This document shows positions 38,801-52,263 of a DNA stretch of 64,000 bases, piece by piece; position 1 is the stretch's first letter, and each line of letters starts with the position of its first letter. The DNA comes from Lingula anatina. Its lineage: Eukaryota; Animalia; Brachiopoda. Location of the stretch: assembly GCA_051362555.1 (NCBI GenBank), contig CM120648.1:12458587-12522586 (forward strand), given 5' to 3'. A model generated the notes under the pieces. The model saw only the letters and a program-made list of their open reading frames with translations, had not been told where the DNA came from and did no database searches. The translations under genes were made by a program, and so were the position numbers.

Positions 38801-41800
38801 TCAGTGTTGACTAACAGTGCTATTATAAGCATTATTTATTATTGCATCAAAATTGACAAAATGACCTATTTTGCATCATTATTTTCTGTTTTTTGTTTTT
38901 TTTTTTTGTCTGTACATTTGACAGCTTTGCTGCCTTGTTACATATTTGCATTTTTAGTGTGTGACTTAATTTGTGTGTTTTCACAAGAAAATATCTAACT
39001 TACTGCTTTAAGATTAACATGCTTCCTGGCATTGAGTAAAATACAGAAAAGCTGGTGATGACACAAATACCTGGGGAACCATTCCCTCCTTCTGTTCATT
39101 TATTCATCATCCACAGTTTTTTTTTTTTTTTTTTTTTTTGTCCATTAAATAATCATTCAATTGTGTATATCTTTACAGTTGGAGGGAGCTGGCTGGCCTG
39201 GGGAGCCTGGAGCAGCTGCTCTGTGATCTGTGGTACAGGCACCTACTCTAGAAATCGTACTTGTCATGATCCAAATCTGCCCAGTGAACAAGCGCTATGT
39301 GCAGGTGGAGCCACCAACTCTACCCAGACACTGTCCTGCTTTGAACAACACTGTCCAGGTAATTGTATTCCATACAGACACTGTCCTGCTTTGAACAATA
39401 CTGTCCAGGTAATTATATTCCATACAGACACTGTCCTGCTTTGAACAATACTGTCCAGGTAATTATATTCCACACAGGCACTGTCCTGCTTTGAACAATA
39501 CTTTCCAGGTAATTATATTCCACACAGACACTGTCCTGCTTTGAACAACACTGTCCAGGTAATTATATTCCACACAGACACTGTCCTGCTTTGAACAATA
39601 CTGTCCAGGTAATTATACTCAACACAAACACTGTCCTGCTTTGAACAATACTGTCCAGGTAATTATATTCCACACAGACACTGTCCTGCTTTGAACAACA
39701 CTGTCCAGGTAATTATATTCCAACCAGACACTGTCCTGCTTTGAACAACACTGTTCAGGTAATTATATTCCACACAGACACTGTCCTACTTTGACCAACA
39801 CTGTCCAGGTAATTATATTCAATACAGACACTGTCCTGCTTATAACAACTTTGTCCAGGTATTTATTCTTCACCCAGAAACTGGCCTGCTTTGAAAAAAT
39901 TTGCCCAGGTATTGAGAAATATTGAACCTACTGGTATAATTATCACATCTTAACTCACCTTATAAATTGTGGCAAAGTTTTTAATAAAAATTGCATGAAA
40001 AACAAATAAACCAACTGGAGCATTTTTACCTTAGGAGAGAATATTAAATGCTAGACCTTAATAATGTTTTTATTTATTTAATTTTTTTGCACCAATTTTT
40101 TTCTGTGTTTTATTATCCTCTTCATTGCCCTTATTCAGCTGGTGGGAAATAACCAGGAGGCAGCATTGCCTCTCTGATCCACTAGTTTCTGCTGAATCTT
40201 GTGACCACACAAACTACTGTTAAACATCATTACAGATTGCAGCACAATGAACTGCCTAGGGGCGTGTATAGTCAGAGATCAACACTCCTACTGTCTCTGC
40301 CCTGACAGCGTGAAAGATAAAGTTGGCATCTTTGAAGACTCAGCACTAATTATAACACAGAGGTGACTCAATATATTACAACCACTCACAACATAATATT
40401 AATTATTGTCTTTTTCCTTACTGCTCTTGAATTATGTGCTGCTTATTTTTAAGTAATAGTTTCCTGAATCCTCATTTATATAGAACTTGGCATACTCAAT
40501 CAACATAATATAGCTTATTGTTAACAAGTTTAAAATGAGTCACGTCATTCAATAGTTAGATTGTTTTTCCTAGGTAAACTTATATCCTTCTATAAAAATA
40601 ACTTAGAATTAAAAATATACATTAAATGATTGATCTCTAGATGTACTGGGTAGTGTAAGCTGTCTGACCCTGGAGCCAGGGTGTCCATACTTAATTGTCC
40701 AGTTGTTTCTCTAGGTATACTGGTCAGTGTAAGCTGTCTGACCCTTGAGACAAGGTGTCCATACTTAATTGTCCAGTTGTTTCTCTAGGTGTACTGGTCA
40801 GTGTAAGCTGTCTGACCTTTGAGGCAAGGTGTCCATACTTAATTGTCCGGTTGTTTCTCTAGGTGTACTGGTCAGTGTAAGCTGTCTGACCCTGGAGCCA
40901 AGGTGTCCCTAGAGGCTGTGTGTTATCACTGTGACCCTATGGACTACCTATGGGACCTCAGCCCAGTGAACACCACAGTGCAGGGACTGGACTGGAGCCA
41001 GGACACCACCACAGATAAAACAGAGAGAGGACTGAGTGTTAAACCAGGTGTTCTTGTACCTGGGGAGCTCTACCAGGTCACAGCTAATGGTACTTAAGTA
41101 GTGTGAGAACAGATGCAAATTTTAAGCTTGGTATTAGCCATTTGGGAATACTGTATATTCAGCAATAATGTTTATTCTTGTCACTTGAAGTTGGATTTTA
41201 CATGTAACTTATGAAGAGAGATAAAAGCAACTGAATTATGTTGTAACATAAAAAAGACTATTTCACTGATTTAATATTAAATCCAAATTGCTTCTTCAAA
41301 ATAGTTCAAAACCATACAGATTCAATCAGTGTGAAAGCATCAAATCAACTAGTTTCTTTTTTCTTCTGGTACAGTGCTGTCACCATCATGTCATGTGTAG
41401 CTGTACCGGTAGGTACAAGCCAATCTGCTGGTACAGTGCTGTCTACATTATTATGTCAAGTGTGTCTGTAGGTACAAGCCAATCTGCTGGTACAGTGCTG
41501 TCTACATTATTATGTCAACTGTGTCTGAAGGTACAAGCCAATCTGCTGGTACAGTGCTGTCTACATTATTATGTCAACTGTGTCTGAAGGTACAAGCCAA
41601 TCTGCTGGTACAGTGCTGTCTACATTATAATGTCAAGTGTGTCTGTAGGTACAAGCCAATCTGCTGGTACAGTGCTGTCTACATCATGTCATGTGTGTCT
41701 GTACTGGTAGGTACAAGCCAATCTGCTGGTACAGTGCTGTCAGCATCATGTCACTTGTGTCTGTACCGGTAGGTACAAGCCAGTCTGCTGGTACAGTGCT

Positions 41801-44800
41801 GTCTACATCTTGTTTTATGTGTCTGTAGATACAAGTCAATCTGCTTGTACAGTGCTGTATACATCTTGGCTTATGGTTCTGTAGGTACAAGTCAGTCTGC
41901 TGGTGCAGTGCTGTCTACATCTTGTCTTATGTGTCTGTAGGTACAATTAAGTCAGTCTGCTGGTACAGTGCTGTCTACATCTTGCCTTATGTGTCTGTAG
42001 GTACAATTAAGTCAGTCTGCTGGTACAGTGCTGTCTACATCATGACATATGTGTCTGTGGGTACAAGCCAGTCTACTGGTATAGTGCTGTCTACATCTTG
42101 TCTTATGTGTCTGTAGGTACAATTAAGTCAGTCTGCTGGTACAGTGCTGTCTACATCATGACATATGTGTCTGTGGGTACAAGGCAGTCTGCTGGTATAG
42201 TGCTGTCTACATCTTGTCTTATGTGTCTGTAGGTACAATTAAGTCAGTCTGCTGGTACAGTGCTGTCTACGTCTTGTCTTATGTGTCTGTAGGTACAATT
42301 AAGTCAGTCTGCTGGTACAGTGCTGTCTACATCATGTCTTATGTTTCTGTGGGTACAAGTCGGTCTGCTGGTTTAGTGCTGTCTACACCAGTTCATTTGT
42401 GTCTGTAAGTACAAGCCAGTCTGCTGGTACAGTCCTGTTTACATCATGTCATGTGTGTCTGTAGGTACAAGTCAGTCTGCTGGTACAGTGCTGTCTACAC
42501 CAGTTCATTTGTGTCTATAGGTACAAGGCAAATTGGTCTTCAACTTGTCTGGTATGGTACAATGCTGTCTACATCTTGTCTTATGTGTCTGTAGGTACAA
42601 GTCAGTCTGCTGGTACAGTGCTGTCTACATCATGCCATTTGTATCTGTAGGTACAAGTCAGTCTGCTGGTACAGTGCTATCTACATCATGTCTTATGTTT
42701 GTGTGGGTACAAGTCGGTCTGCTGGTACAGTGCTGTCTACACCAGTTCATTTGTGTCTGTAGGTACAAGTCAGTCTGCTGGTACAGTACTGTTTACATCA
42801 TGTCAAGTGTGTCTGTAGGTACAAGTCAGTCTGCTGGTACAGTACTGTCTACATCATGCTGTGTGTGTCTGTAGGTACAAGCCAGTCTGCTGGTACAGTG
42901 CTGTCTACATCATGTCATCTGTTTCTATGGATACAAGTCAGTCTGCTGGTACAGTGATGTCTACATCATATCGTGTGTCTGCAGGTACAAGTCAGTCTGC
43001 TGGTACAGTGCTGTCTACATCATGACATGTGCATCTGTGGGTACAAGTCAGTCTACTGGTACAGTGATGTCTACATCATGTCATGTGTATCTGTGGGTAC
43101 AAGTCAGTCTGCTGGCACAGTACTGTCTACATCATGTCATGTCTGTCTGTAGGTACAAGCCAATCTGCTGGCACAGTGCGGTCTTCAACATGTCATGTGT
43201 ATCTGTAGGTACAAGTCAGTCTGCTGGTACAATGCTGTCTACATCATGTCATGTATGTCTGTGGGTACAAGTCAGTCTGCTGGTACAGTGCTGTCTAAAT
43301 CATGTCAGTCTGCTGGTACAGTGCTGTCTACATCATGTCATGTTTGCCTGCAGGTACAAGTCAGTCTGCTGGTACAGTGCTGTCTACATCATATCGTGTG
43401 TCTGCAGGTACAAGTCAGTCTGCTGGTACAGTGCTGTCTACATCATGTCATGTCTGTCTGTAGGTACAAGCCAATCTGCTGGTACAGTGCTGTCTACATC
43501 ATGTCATGTGTATCTGTAGGTACAAGTCAGTCTGCTGGTACAGTGCTGTCTACATCATGTTTCATACAAATGGGGACCAGCCCTAGTCCAGGAATATGCA
43601 CAGTTTCTCCTTCCACTGGCTTTGAGATTGTCACCAATTTCTCAGTGAATTGCTCTGGGTTCAGTGACAGCACTAGTCAACTCCACTATAACTACCATTT
43701 TTGGGATGGAGATCCTGCTACCAAGAATCAATCAGGTAACTGGTCTGCATTTTGTAAATGAATAGATTAAATGGCAATAGTTAAAATTGTTAGCCATTTC
43801 ATTTTAAATGGCAGCAGTTAAAATTGTTAGGCAAGTTGATCTTACATAATCATAGGATCTGCATAACATATGGTCTTTGGAAATCTCAACCAAACTTTAG
43901 CCGAATATCTGAGTGTGATTTGTATCCACATGTGGAGATGAAGAAGCTTTGATTTCATGTATCATACCTGATTCAGAAGCTCAATGTAATATTCCAGCAC
44001 TGAGGGTTGACCTGTTTGTATCCACCAATATTTGTATAAAAATGTTCCTATTTCCCTCAGGTATCCTGTTAGGAAGCAGTTCTGGTGGTTATATCCACAT
44101 CTCTGCCTTGTCAGTGTCCCCAGCCAGTGAAAACAGTCAGGGAGAGGTCCGTGTGCATGCTGTCAATGAAGATGGTATGAGGACAGTGGTGACTTCCACC
44201 ATCCAGGTATGTTTACATTAAGTTGTGGGGGGTTAGAGTGTGTGCATACTGCCACTAAATATGGTATGAGGACAGTGGTGACTATACCTTGATACCAATT
44301 TTACTAGGTATTATATATATATATATGGTCACATTCAGAACAGATGATCCATGTAGTAACTGATCTGTAGACTAAATATGGCCGACCCTACTTAAAAGCA
44401 AGCATTCTAATCCACTGATGGTCATCCCGCCTCCACACCATAAAGTGGATTAAATCTTGGCTCAGAGGTTTTATTACTAGACCCCAGCAGGAGGTTGGGA
44501 AACCATCAGTAGATCAGTCAGCATTGCTTTTAAGTAGGTGGGCCATTTTTGATCTGCGGATCTGTTGGTCTACTGATCAACATGTTCTGAATGTGCTCTA
44601 TAAGATCATAGTTTAGATTAGATTTGGTGTATTTTCTGTTTAAGGTCCGTCCATTAGGTGACCATCCTGATTTAGCAGACAGAGATGTTGGTACCTTTCT
44701 GGAGGAGATAACAGGGGATTTGAACGGCATCTTGTGGACAGCTGTGAGAGAAGGCGACTACACAGGTTCTCTTTCTGTCTATATAATTGTAAACCGTCAA

Positions 44801-47800
44801 CCCTTGGGTTGTGATTTTTTTTACTTAATCATTTTTGTTTTTAAAGTGTATTTATTTGAATAACAGAATGTTTGCTAGCTAGGTTTTATATGTTAATATT
44901 TTGTCACATCCTTCCCTGTGGTATAGACTTTTAGCTGTTCTACAGCTGTTTGAATCTGTCAGTTATGTTAATTAAATTAAGTTGTATATGTTATTCACAT
45001 CTTTCTCTGTGTTAAGTTCTGTATGTTATTCACATTCTTCTCTGTGATATTGGCTTATAGCTGTCCTACAGCTCCTTGAATTTGTCAGTCATATGTTAAG
45101 ATCTATATGTTATTACCTTGGGTCACATACTTCCCTGTGATATTGGCTTTTAGCTGTTCTACAGCTGGTTGATGCTGTCAGTTATGTAAAGATCTATATG
45201 TTATTACCTTGGGTCACATACTTCCCTGTGATATTGGCTTTTAGCTGTTCTACAGCTGGTTGATGCTGTCAGTTCCTTCCTGAATTCTGGTACAGAAAAA
45301 TTACCTGACACAGAGGCAATGGAACAGGTAAATAAATAGATAAATGACAATGAAAAAAAAAAAAAAAAAAAAAAAAAAGATAAATGTCAGAAATATATGG
45401 ACAAATAAATGAAAATGTAATAATGAAATAAATAACATTTTGACCGACGGATACAAAGGAAAGGTATTGTAATTAGTCAATCTTTTCTATGGGCAAAAAC
45501 TATCAAACTTTCAAATTGTTTAATAATCACAAAAATTATATTTCTGCATTGTTTTGTGCTGTTTTAATTCACAGAATAGAACTACCATACAATATGAATG
45601 TTATAGTTAATTTTAAGGAATTTTGTCCCATATTTAAAAGATCGAGTAATTTCTGTATAGCACCAGGAAGTCTTTTCTTCCACAGATACGCAGTGATATG
45701 ATGGAGGCAGTAGGTAATTTAACTATTGACAGCCTATCTACTGCCCAGCAAGCAGCAGAGACATTGACCAAACTCACAGAACACACCACAGAGATTACTG
45801 CACACTCACAGGTACTGAGCACTTGGTGTCTTTTGCATTGTAGATAGTTGCTTTTCATCTTGTATTTATATTTATATTTTTCAGGCTTCAGAATTTATGT
45901 TTAATCCTCAAAACATGTTATATCAGGTTAAAAATTGTACATACTGGTTCTGGTAAATGAATTCAATAAGCAAGGTATCAGGCCTGCTGCAAACTCTAAT
46001 TTGCTGCAAGGTTGCTGCTAATCTGCTGTGAATTTGCAGCAATTTTGCCAGAACATAGAATTACACTAATATATATTATTATATAAGCTGTACAAATTGT
46101 CACTATTGTTATTTCGCATGAAAAGGAATTCATGGGTATCATGTGTACCCTGCACAGACATTGTTTTTCCTATTGAAAAGATCGAAGAATTACCATACCT
46201 TCATATTGATTAGATTAATTTTCAGACTTCAGGCATGGACACAGTGGAAAGGTTATCCCTGGTGTTGAGCAGTGGACAGAGGAATGCAACTTTTACTGAA
46301 GTAGAGGATACTGCGACGTAAGCCAGGAAAGAAACTCTTTAATAAAATTGTAGCATACTAAGAATTGAAGAGACACCAGTCTTCCTGGCCCCTATTTCAC
46401 AAAGAATCTTAAATCTTTCAAATCAACTACAAAGTAACAGTAAAACATAATTTTGTCTTAGAACGCTGCTGTAGGACATCTAGCAGTCAAAAATATAAAC
46501 AAACCCGTGTTTGTCTGGATGAAGTTGCATTTTATTTTTTTTATATAAATATTCAATTAATTTCAGTATTATTCAAGGATATTATAACACAATATGTTGA
46601 AAGAGGTATGTTCTTTCCAAATATTTGTTGATTATGCTCTCATTTACCAAGTTTTAGTTGAGCATTCTGACTTAGACACCTCCCAAGGAGGCAAGGCTTT
46701 GTCCACTAGCAGCTAAGAAAAAAAAACAATGTAAGCTACCTTTTATATTCTTCGTGAAACATGACCAAGTGAAGTAAGGACTTAATCACATTGATAACCA
46801 AGCTTTTGGTCAGGGAACCCGACTTAAGTTTGTTTTTTTTTTTTGTGTGTGAAACGGGGGCCTGAGCACTAACAATAATATCTTTATAAGCTTTGATTTG
46901 TTTTCATGGCATCAGGTCCATCTCAATCTAAGTGCATTTTCTATTTTGATATATCATTATCTATGACAATATCAATTTAACTGCTCTTTAAAAATTTCCG
47001 TGAAAAAAATAGAAACTTTGAACTAGGAACTACCCTTGGCAAAATATCAGGCCTGCTGCAAACTCTCTCTTAAATTCGCTGCAAATTTGTTACAAACTTT
47101 CTGCAAATTTGCAAGAAGTTCTTGCAAATTCACTGCAAGTTTGCTGCCAAGCATTTGCAGCAAATTTGCGAGAACTTGAATACTTTCCTGCAAACTTACT
47201 GTAAACTGAATATGTTCTTTCAAATTTGTTGCAAATTTGTCACAAATTCGTCAGAACAAAGACTTTTCTTGCAAACCTATTGCAAACGTAAGTTTTTATT
47301 GCAAATTTGTTGCAAATGAGCAGCAATACAAATTTTCTCTCAAATTCCTACAAACTACTTGCCACAAACTTTTAATTACCAAAAAAAGAAAAAGTCAGAA
47401 ATAGAAAAGAAGTTAGTTAAGGAAATTGAACTTTTAGAAAATATAACTTGCGAGGCCAATATTCAGACTTTAAGACAAAAGCAAAAAGAATTGGAGGAAG
47501 TACGAAAAGAAAAATTACAAGGCGCATTTATAAGACCTAGAGCTAAGTGGGTGGAGGAAGGCGAAAAACCAACTAAATATTTTTGTGGTCTAGAATCGAG
47601 AAATTTTACCAATAAACTGATTCCAAGAATTCGGCTAGACGATGGCACAATTATTGTTAACCAGGGTAAGATACTAGAAAATACCAAAAACTTTTATGAA
47701 AATCTGTATGCATGCCGGGAGCATAACATAGAAGATGTTAACCTAGATAATGAGGTAACCCTTAACGATGTTTATAAACTCAGCAATCTGGAAGCTGCCG

Positions 47801-50800
47801 AATTGGAAGGGCCCATTACGGAGGCAGAAGCAGCACAAACATTATCTAAAATGAAATCGAACAAATCCCGGGAACTGACGGCTTTTCAGTTGAATTTTAT
47901 AAGGTATTTTGGAGACAACTAAGCTCTTTTGTTGTCAGGTCAATTAATTTTGCTTACGAAACTGGCCAGTTATCGGTGACGCAAAAACAAGGTATAATCA
48001 CTTGCCTCCCGAAGGGAGATAAACCACGCCACTTTCTTAAAAACTGGCGCCCCATTCTCAATACTATATACAAGATCGCCTCGGGTTCGATAGCTGCTAG
48101 GGTAAAACTAGTGTTAGATAAATTAATATATCCGGAACAAACCGGATTCATGGCTGGCAGATATATCGGAGAGAACACGCGACTTATATATGATACAATG
48201 CAGTATACTGAAGAAGAAAATATTCCTGGGTTACTGTTATTAATTGACTTTGAAAAGGCATTCGATTCCTTGTCTTGGTCATTCATTCAAAAGGTTCTGA
48301 CCTTTTTTAACTTTGGTGATTCAGTCAGGAGATGGGTATCATTGTTCTACAATGACATCTCTGCTACAGTAAATCAAGGGGGGAATATGTCGGAATTCTT
48401 TAAAATTAATCGAGGATGCCGTCAGGGGGATCCCCTCTCACCCTGTCTCTTTATTCTATGCGCCGAAATATTGGCGGCGTTTATACGAAACAATGACAAT
48501 ATAAAGGGTATTAATATAGGTGCAAAAGAATTAAAAATCGAAGATCTCCGGTCTGCATATTAATCTCTCTAAAACTGAAGTTATATGGATTGGGTCAAAG
48601 CGATACTCTAAAGATATCCTCTGCCCAAAATAAAGATTAGATTGGGGAAAAACTAGTTTCAAAATGCTAGGGATAGAATTTGACGTAGATTTAGGTAAGA
48701 TAACGAAGCAAAATATGGAGACCAAATTAACTTCCATGAAAAAAAATATTTAATCAGTGGAGAGTAAGAAATATAACACCAATTGGTAAAATAACAGTAA
48801 TAAAAACATTAGCCTTGCCGGTATTGAATCATATATTTAAATCGCTCCCAAACCCAGAGGAAAAACAGATTAAAGAATTAGAAAAGTGTCTTTTTTCTTT
48901 TCTTTGGAATAATAAACCTGATAAAATTAAAAGAAATATCATTATAAGAGATTATAAAGCTGGGGGCATGAGGATGGTAAGCGTGAGGCATTTTATAAAA
49001 ACGTTAAAAATTCCGTGGGTAAGAAGACTTATGTTCGAAAATAAAGCATGGAAAAATATTATATCTTAATATGTAGACACTGAAAAACTAATCACATGTG
49101 GTACAGAATATATCTCAAAAATCTTGAAAAACATAAAAAATAGATTCTGGATTGATGCCTTAGCAGCCTGGAAAGAACTCTGTGGTACAATAATGACCAA
49201 TAAAATCAAGGATTTTGGTAACATTCCACTCTTTCTAAATGAAAATATACTTATTGGAAATAAACCTGTCTTCTATACATCGTGGTATGACAAAAACATT
49301 AAATTTGTTAATGATCTACTCCTGGACTCTGGAGAGTTCTATGACTTCACTGCGTTCAGGGATATCCACGGTATTGACACAAATTTTGTCGAATACCATG
49401 GAATTATCTCAGCCATAAAAGAATGGCTTGGTGGTATTCCTGAAAAATTAAGTAAAATTGCCACTCCTTTAATTCCTGATCATATATTGTTGCTGTCAGG
49501 TTGTTCAAAAGGCTCAAAGATTTATTATAAAACTTTAAGTAAAGTAGGTGTTCTTGAGATGTCAAAAGGTATGAATAAATGGAAGGAGTTGTTAAATTTG
49601 GAGGAAAATGAATGCCCGAAGATTTTCGAACTTCCTTTCACAATAACAAAAGATTCAAAGCTTCACTGGTTCCAATTTCGAATTAATCATAATATCCTTA
49701 CCACAAACTCACTGCTTTTCAAATATAAAATGGTCGACAGCAGTATATGTTCCCTTTGCAAAGGAGCTGAAAAAACAACTGAGCATTTATTCTGGAATTG
49801 TGCGGTTACCCAAAAATTATTGACCGACTTGGTAGAATATATATTACCTAATACTCAAGTTACTCTACCTGTCTCAAAAAAGAATTGCTTAGTCGGCTCT
49901 ACGAGCCTCTCTGCAATTATTAATCTCATTATGTTGCAATTTAAATTTTATATTTATTTAAGAAGATGTTCACAGGGTAAACCAACATTAGGAGGTTTGA
50001 TTTCATCGCTTAGATATCTGGTGAAAACAGATAAGTCAATCTGTCAGTACAATTCAAATATAATTAAGTTATTTTCAATTTGAAGATTTAGCGTACGACG
50101 ATATAATTAACTAAAAAGTGTTATATAGTATAACATCTCTTATGTGTGAGTGTGTGAGCGAGTGTCTGTTTGTTTGTATTTGTATTGTCATGTTTTCTTG
50201 ATGTATTGTGTCAATAAAAAAAAAAAAAACTTTTAATTTGCAGCAAATTTGCTACAATTTTGCTGCCATATTGCTACAAACTTTTTATTTTGCTAAGGGT
50301 AAGGCAAACAAGAGGACTTCTCTGCATTCCATTGGCTGAGGCGAAAATATAAAGTAAATAAAAAACAAACAATATTTTGAAACCTCCTTATTGATCATAT
50401 TTAACAAACTTATTAATAAATGTTGTTAAAACATTATTTCTTATTATTTAGCATGATTCTACAATCCACCTCTAACCTGTTAAATGCCTCCATGGAGGAG
50501 TCAAGAGAAGTGAATATCACCGACATGACCCAACCTGAGAGGGTCAAAGTGCAGAAGGTGAGAAGAAAAATCAGAAGCCAGTCATTTTTTTTTATTGTAG
50601 CCTTAGGGACCATTCCCAGACCCTATTGTATTAACTGTGTTCAATCTATCTCCGAAAGGATTCTTGGTAAATTAAAATCAATTTAAGCAACTTAGATGTA
50701 TTTCATGCCTACTGAAGCTGCTAGTGGATAATTAATTCTCGTTTAGCAACTTCAGTAGGCTTGCCAGACATCTAAGCCACTTAAGCTGGAAGCAATTGAG

Positions 50801-52214
50801 CATTAAACCCCTTGGAGATGGATAGGTCCTGTTAGATCAATCTTGGTATGGAAACCTAATCTTAGTCAGCTGTCTGATTAATTTCTCTTCCTGACAATAC
50901 AATAGCCAGAATTTTAAAAGGGGGGGGGGGTCTTTTTCTGAAAAAGTGGATCTTTTACCACAAAACTTAAAGAGTACCTATACATGTAGATTAATAATTC
51001 TTACTTTCACAGACCTTTTCTCCGACAAAAAGGGCAGATGATTGAACTCCCCTTATTACCTCCCGGGCTATGGGCCTGCAATTTAACAGGCAAAAAAGCT
51101 GCAACCAAACAACCAGCCAGATCAACCAAACAACCAGCAACATCAACTAAACAACCAGCAACATCAACAAACAACCAGCAACATCAACTAAACAACCAGC
51201 CAGATCAACCAAACAACCAGCAACATCAACTAAACAACCATCCAGATTAACCAAACAACCAGCAACATCAACCAAACAACCAGCAACATCAACTAAACAA
51301 CCAGCAACATCAACCAAACAACCAGCAACATCAACTTAACAACCAGCAACATCAATTAAACAACCAGCCAGATCAACCAAACAACCAACAACATCAACCA
51401 AACAAATCACCTTTATTGTACCAAACACAAAAAAGGAAGAGAAAGAAGAACAAGGCAGCAAAGCTGTCAAATGTACAGACAAAAAACAGAAAATAAAGAT
51501 GCAAAATAGGTCATTTTGTAAATTTTGATGCAATAATAAATAATGCTTATAATAGCACTGTCAGTCAACACTGAATTTTAATCATGCACAACAGGTACCA
51601 TGGTCAATAACAGGAGCAAACCCAGAGATATTTTCTGACAGTATTCCAAAGTATCTATTTTGTTCCATCCTCCATTTTGATGGTCTTCCAACAGAAGAAA
51701 AAATAGATACCAGGCAATATAAACTTAATAACCTGACTGTCTTATGGAAGACCCAGAAGATGGTCTCAATCTACCCTTTCAATAAGATTACAGTTTCAGG
51801 ACCATGAGTGAATTCACATGATGAAAGTCTCAATATTTGAAAAATGATGACAGTGCATAAAATAATATTACATAAGTAAAATAATGTTTAAAGACATAAA
51901 AAACAATACAACTGCTTAATATGGGGAAATACAGAAAATGTGCAGAGTCTCAGGCGGATGATAGTTAAAAGTCACAAATGCAAGTGTTTGAGAAAATATT
52001 ATAAAGGAAAACATAACAAAACTAGAAAAGCGCTCCGAGAGTGCAGACCTCTGCCAAGGCAGCAACTGATGATTATTATTGATTATTGTCCTCTTTGGCC
52101 CACTTCTGACAGTTCCTGAAAATTTCAGCAAAATCAGTCCATAAAATATAACCTCCTTGGCAGAGGTAAATATAATTCCAATCAAGCTGCTATTCAACTT
52201 TTAATCTTTGAGTT

Positions 52215-52263
<49 letters not shown>

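Noticed and set aside
41288-43519. Cys-rich ORFs (e.g. 43022-43519, 42533-42874)
   Set aside because: Translations of the 56-bp array in rotating frames
39325-43560. CRISPR-like regular repeats
   Set aside because: No unique spacers and no cas genes; eukaryotic context; the units are copies of exon-intron junctions
51038-51250. Gln/Asn-rich ORF
   Set aside because: Translation of the 21-bp minisatellite
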